From Chiloscyllium plagiosum (Eukaryota), in assembly GCF_004010195.1 (NCBI RefSeq), contig NC_057718.1, positions 67,358,588-67,422,587 of the forward strand: a stretch of DNA of 64,000 bases. Reading direction: 5' to 3'. The number at the start of each line of letters is the position of its first letter. Position 1 is the stretch's first letter. The notes below the pieces were generated by a model, which was not told the DNA's origin, ran no database searches, and was given only the letters and a program-made list of their open reading frames with translations. The translations under genes and the position numbers were made by a program. Positions 62,703 to 64,000 of the stretch are shown here, piece by piece.

Positions 62703-64000
62703 GTTGTTGTAGCAGTTATATTTATGTGGTGATCCAGTGAGTTTCTGGTCGATGGTAACCCCCAAGATGTTGATAGTGGGGCATCCAGTGATGGTAACAC
62801 CATTGAATGTCAAGAGGCGGTGGTTTGATTGTCTTATTGCAGATGGTCTTAGCCTAATATTTGTGTGATGCAAGTGTCATGCCACTTATCAGCCTCAGCC
62901 TGGATATTGTCCAAATCTTGTTACATCCGAGAATGGACTGCTTCAGTGTCAGGAGTTGCGAATGGTGCTGAACATTGTGCAATCATCAGTGAATATCCCC
63001 ACTTATAACCTTATAATGAATGGAAGGTCATCACTGAAGCAGTTAAAAATGGTTGGGCCTAGGACACTACCCTGAGGAACCCTTACAGAGATGTCTTGGA
63101 GCTGGGATAACGGATCCCCACTAATTACAGCCATCTTTCTATGTGCCATTTATGACTCCAAGATGTGAAGAGTTTGCCCCCTGATACCCATCGATTCCAG
63201 TTTTGCTAGGGCTCCTTGATGCCATACTTGGTTGAAAGCAGCCTTTATGTCAAGGGCTGTCACTCTTACCTCACCTCTGGAATTCAGCTCTTTTGATCAT
63301 ATTTGAACCGAGGCTGTAATGAGGTCACGAACTGAGTGGCCCTGGCAGAACCCAAATTGGGCGCCGCTGAGCAAGGTGCTGCTTGATAGCATGGTTGACG
63401 ACACCATCCGTCACTTTACCGAGGATTGAGAATAGCCTGATGGGGCGGTAGTTGACTGGGTTGGAATTGTCCTGCTTTTTGTGTACAGGGCATACTTGGA
63501 CAATTTCCATCGTTGTCAGGTAATCTTCAATACTATTGCTGGAATGTTGTCAGGGTCTATAGACTTTGCAGTATCCAGTGCATCCAAACATTTCTTGATA
63601 TCCTGTGGAGTGAATTGAATTGGCTGAAGAGTAGTATCTGTGATGTTGAGGACCTTTTGGCTGAAGGTTGCTGCGAATGTTTCAGCCTTATCTTTTGCAC
63701 TGGTGTGCTTGGCTCTTCATTGAGGATGGGGTTATTTTTGGTGCCTCCTCCTCCTCCAATGAGTTATTCAATTGTCCATCACCACTCACAACTAAATGTG
63801 GAAGGACAGCAGAACTTTGATCTGATCCATTGATTGCGGGATCACTTAGCTTACAACTTACTACTTATGATGTTTGGCATGCAAGTAGACCTGTTTGGTA
63901 ACTTCACCAGTTTGACACCTAATTTTTAGGTAGTTAAAAATCACACAACACCAGGTTATAGTCCAACAGGTTTAATTGGAAGCACACTAGCTCTCAGAGC

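Overview
This is a vertebrate genomic window, very likely from a shark (inferred from abundant HE1-type SINEs, CR1 LINEs and Penelope-like elements). Most of it is decayed repeats, and I found no intact protein-coding gene, RNA gene or CRISPR array. The non-repeat islands between about 9.5 and 56.8 kb read on the + strand as collinear pieces of one very large, apparently intronless and heavily decayed GREB1-family gene. In order, they match the GREB1 N-terminal region, two ASCH-like domains that GREB1/GREB1L lack, the GREB1 central helicase-like region, two to three tandem TAGT-type glycosyltransferase modules and the GREB1 C-terminal domain. Further coding-like DNA upstream (about 0.2-0.5 and 6.3-9.5 kb) is unassigned. 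The architecture suggests a fossil nucleic-acid modification/reader system related to the base-J pathway. All protein matches were made by eye against GREB1 and ASCH sequences recalled from memory and need HMM/TBLASTN confirmation. Other notable items are hammerhead-bearing palindromic Penelope mini-elements with clean TSDs, a ~490-bp inverted duplication anchored on a Penelope end, and a stacked insertion hotspot.
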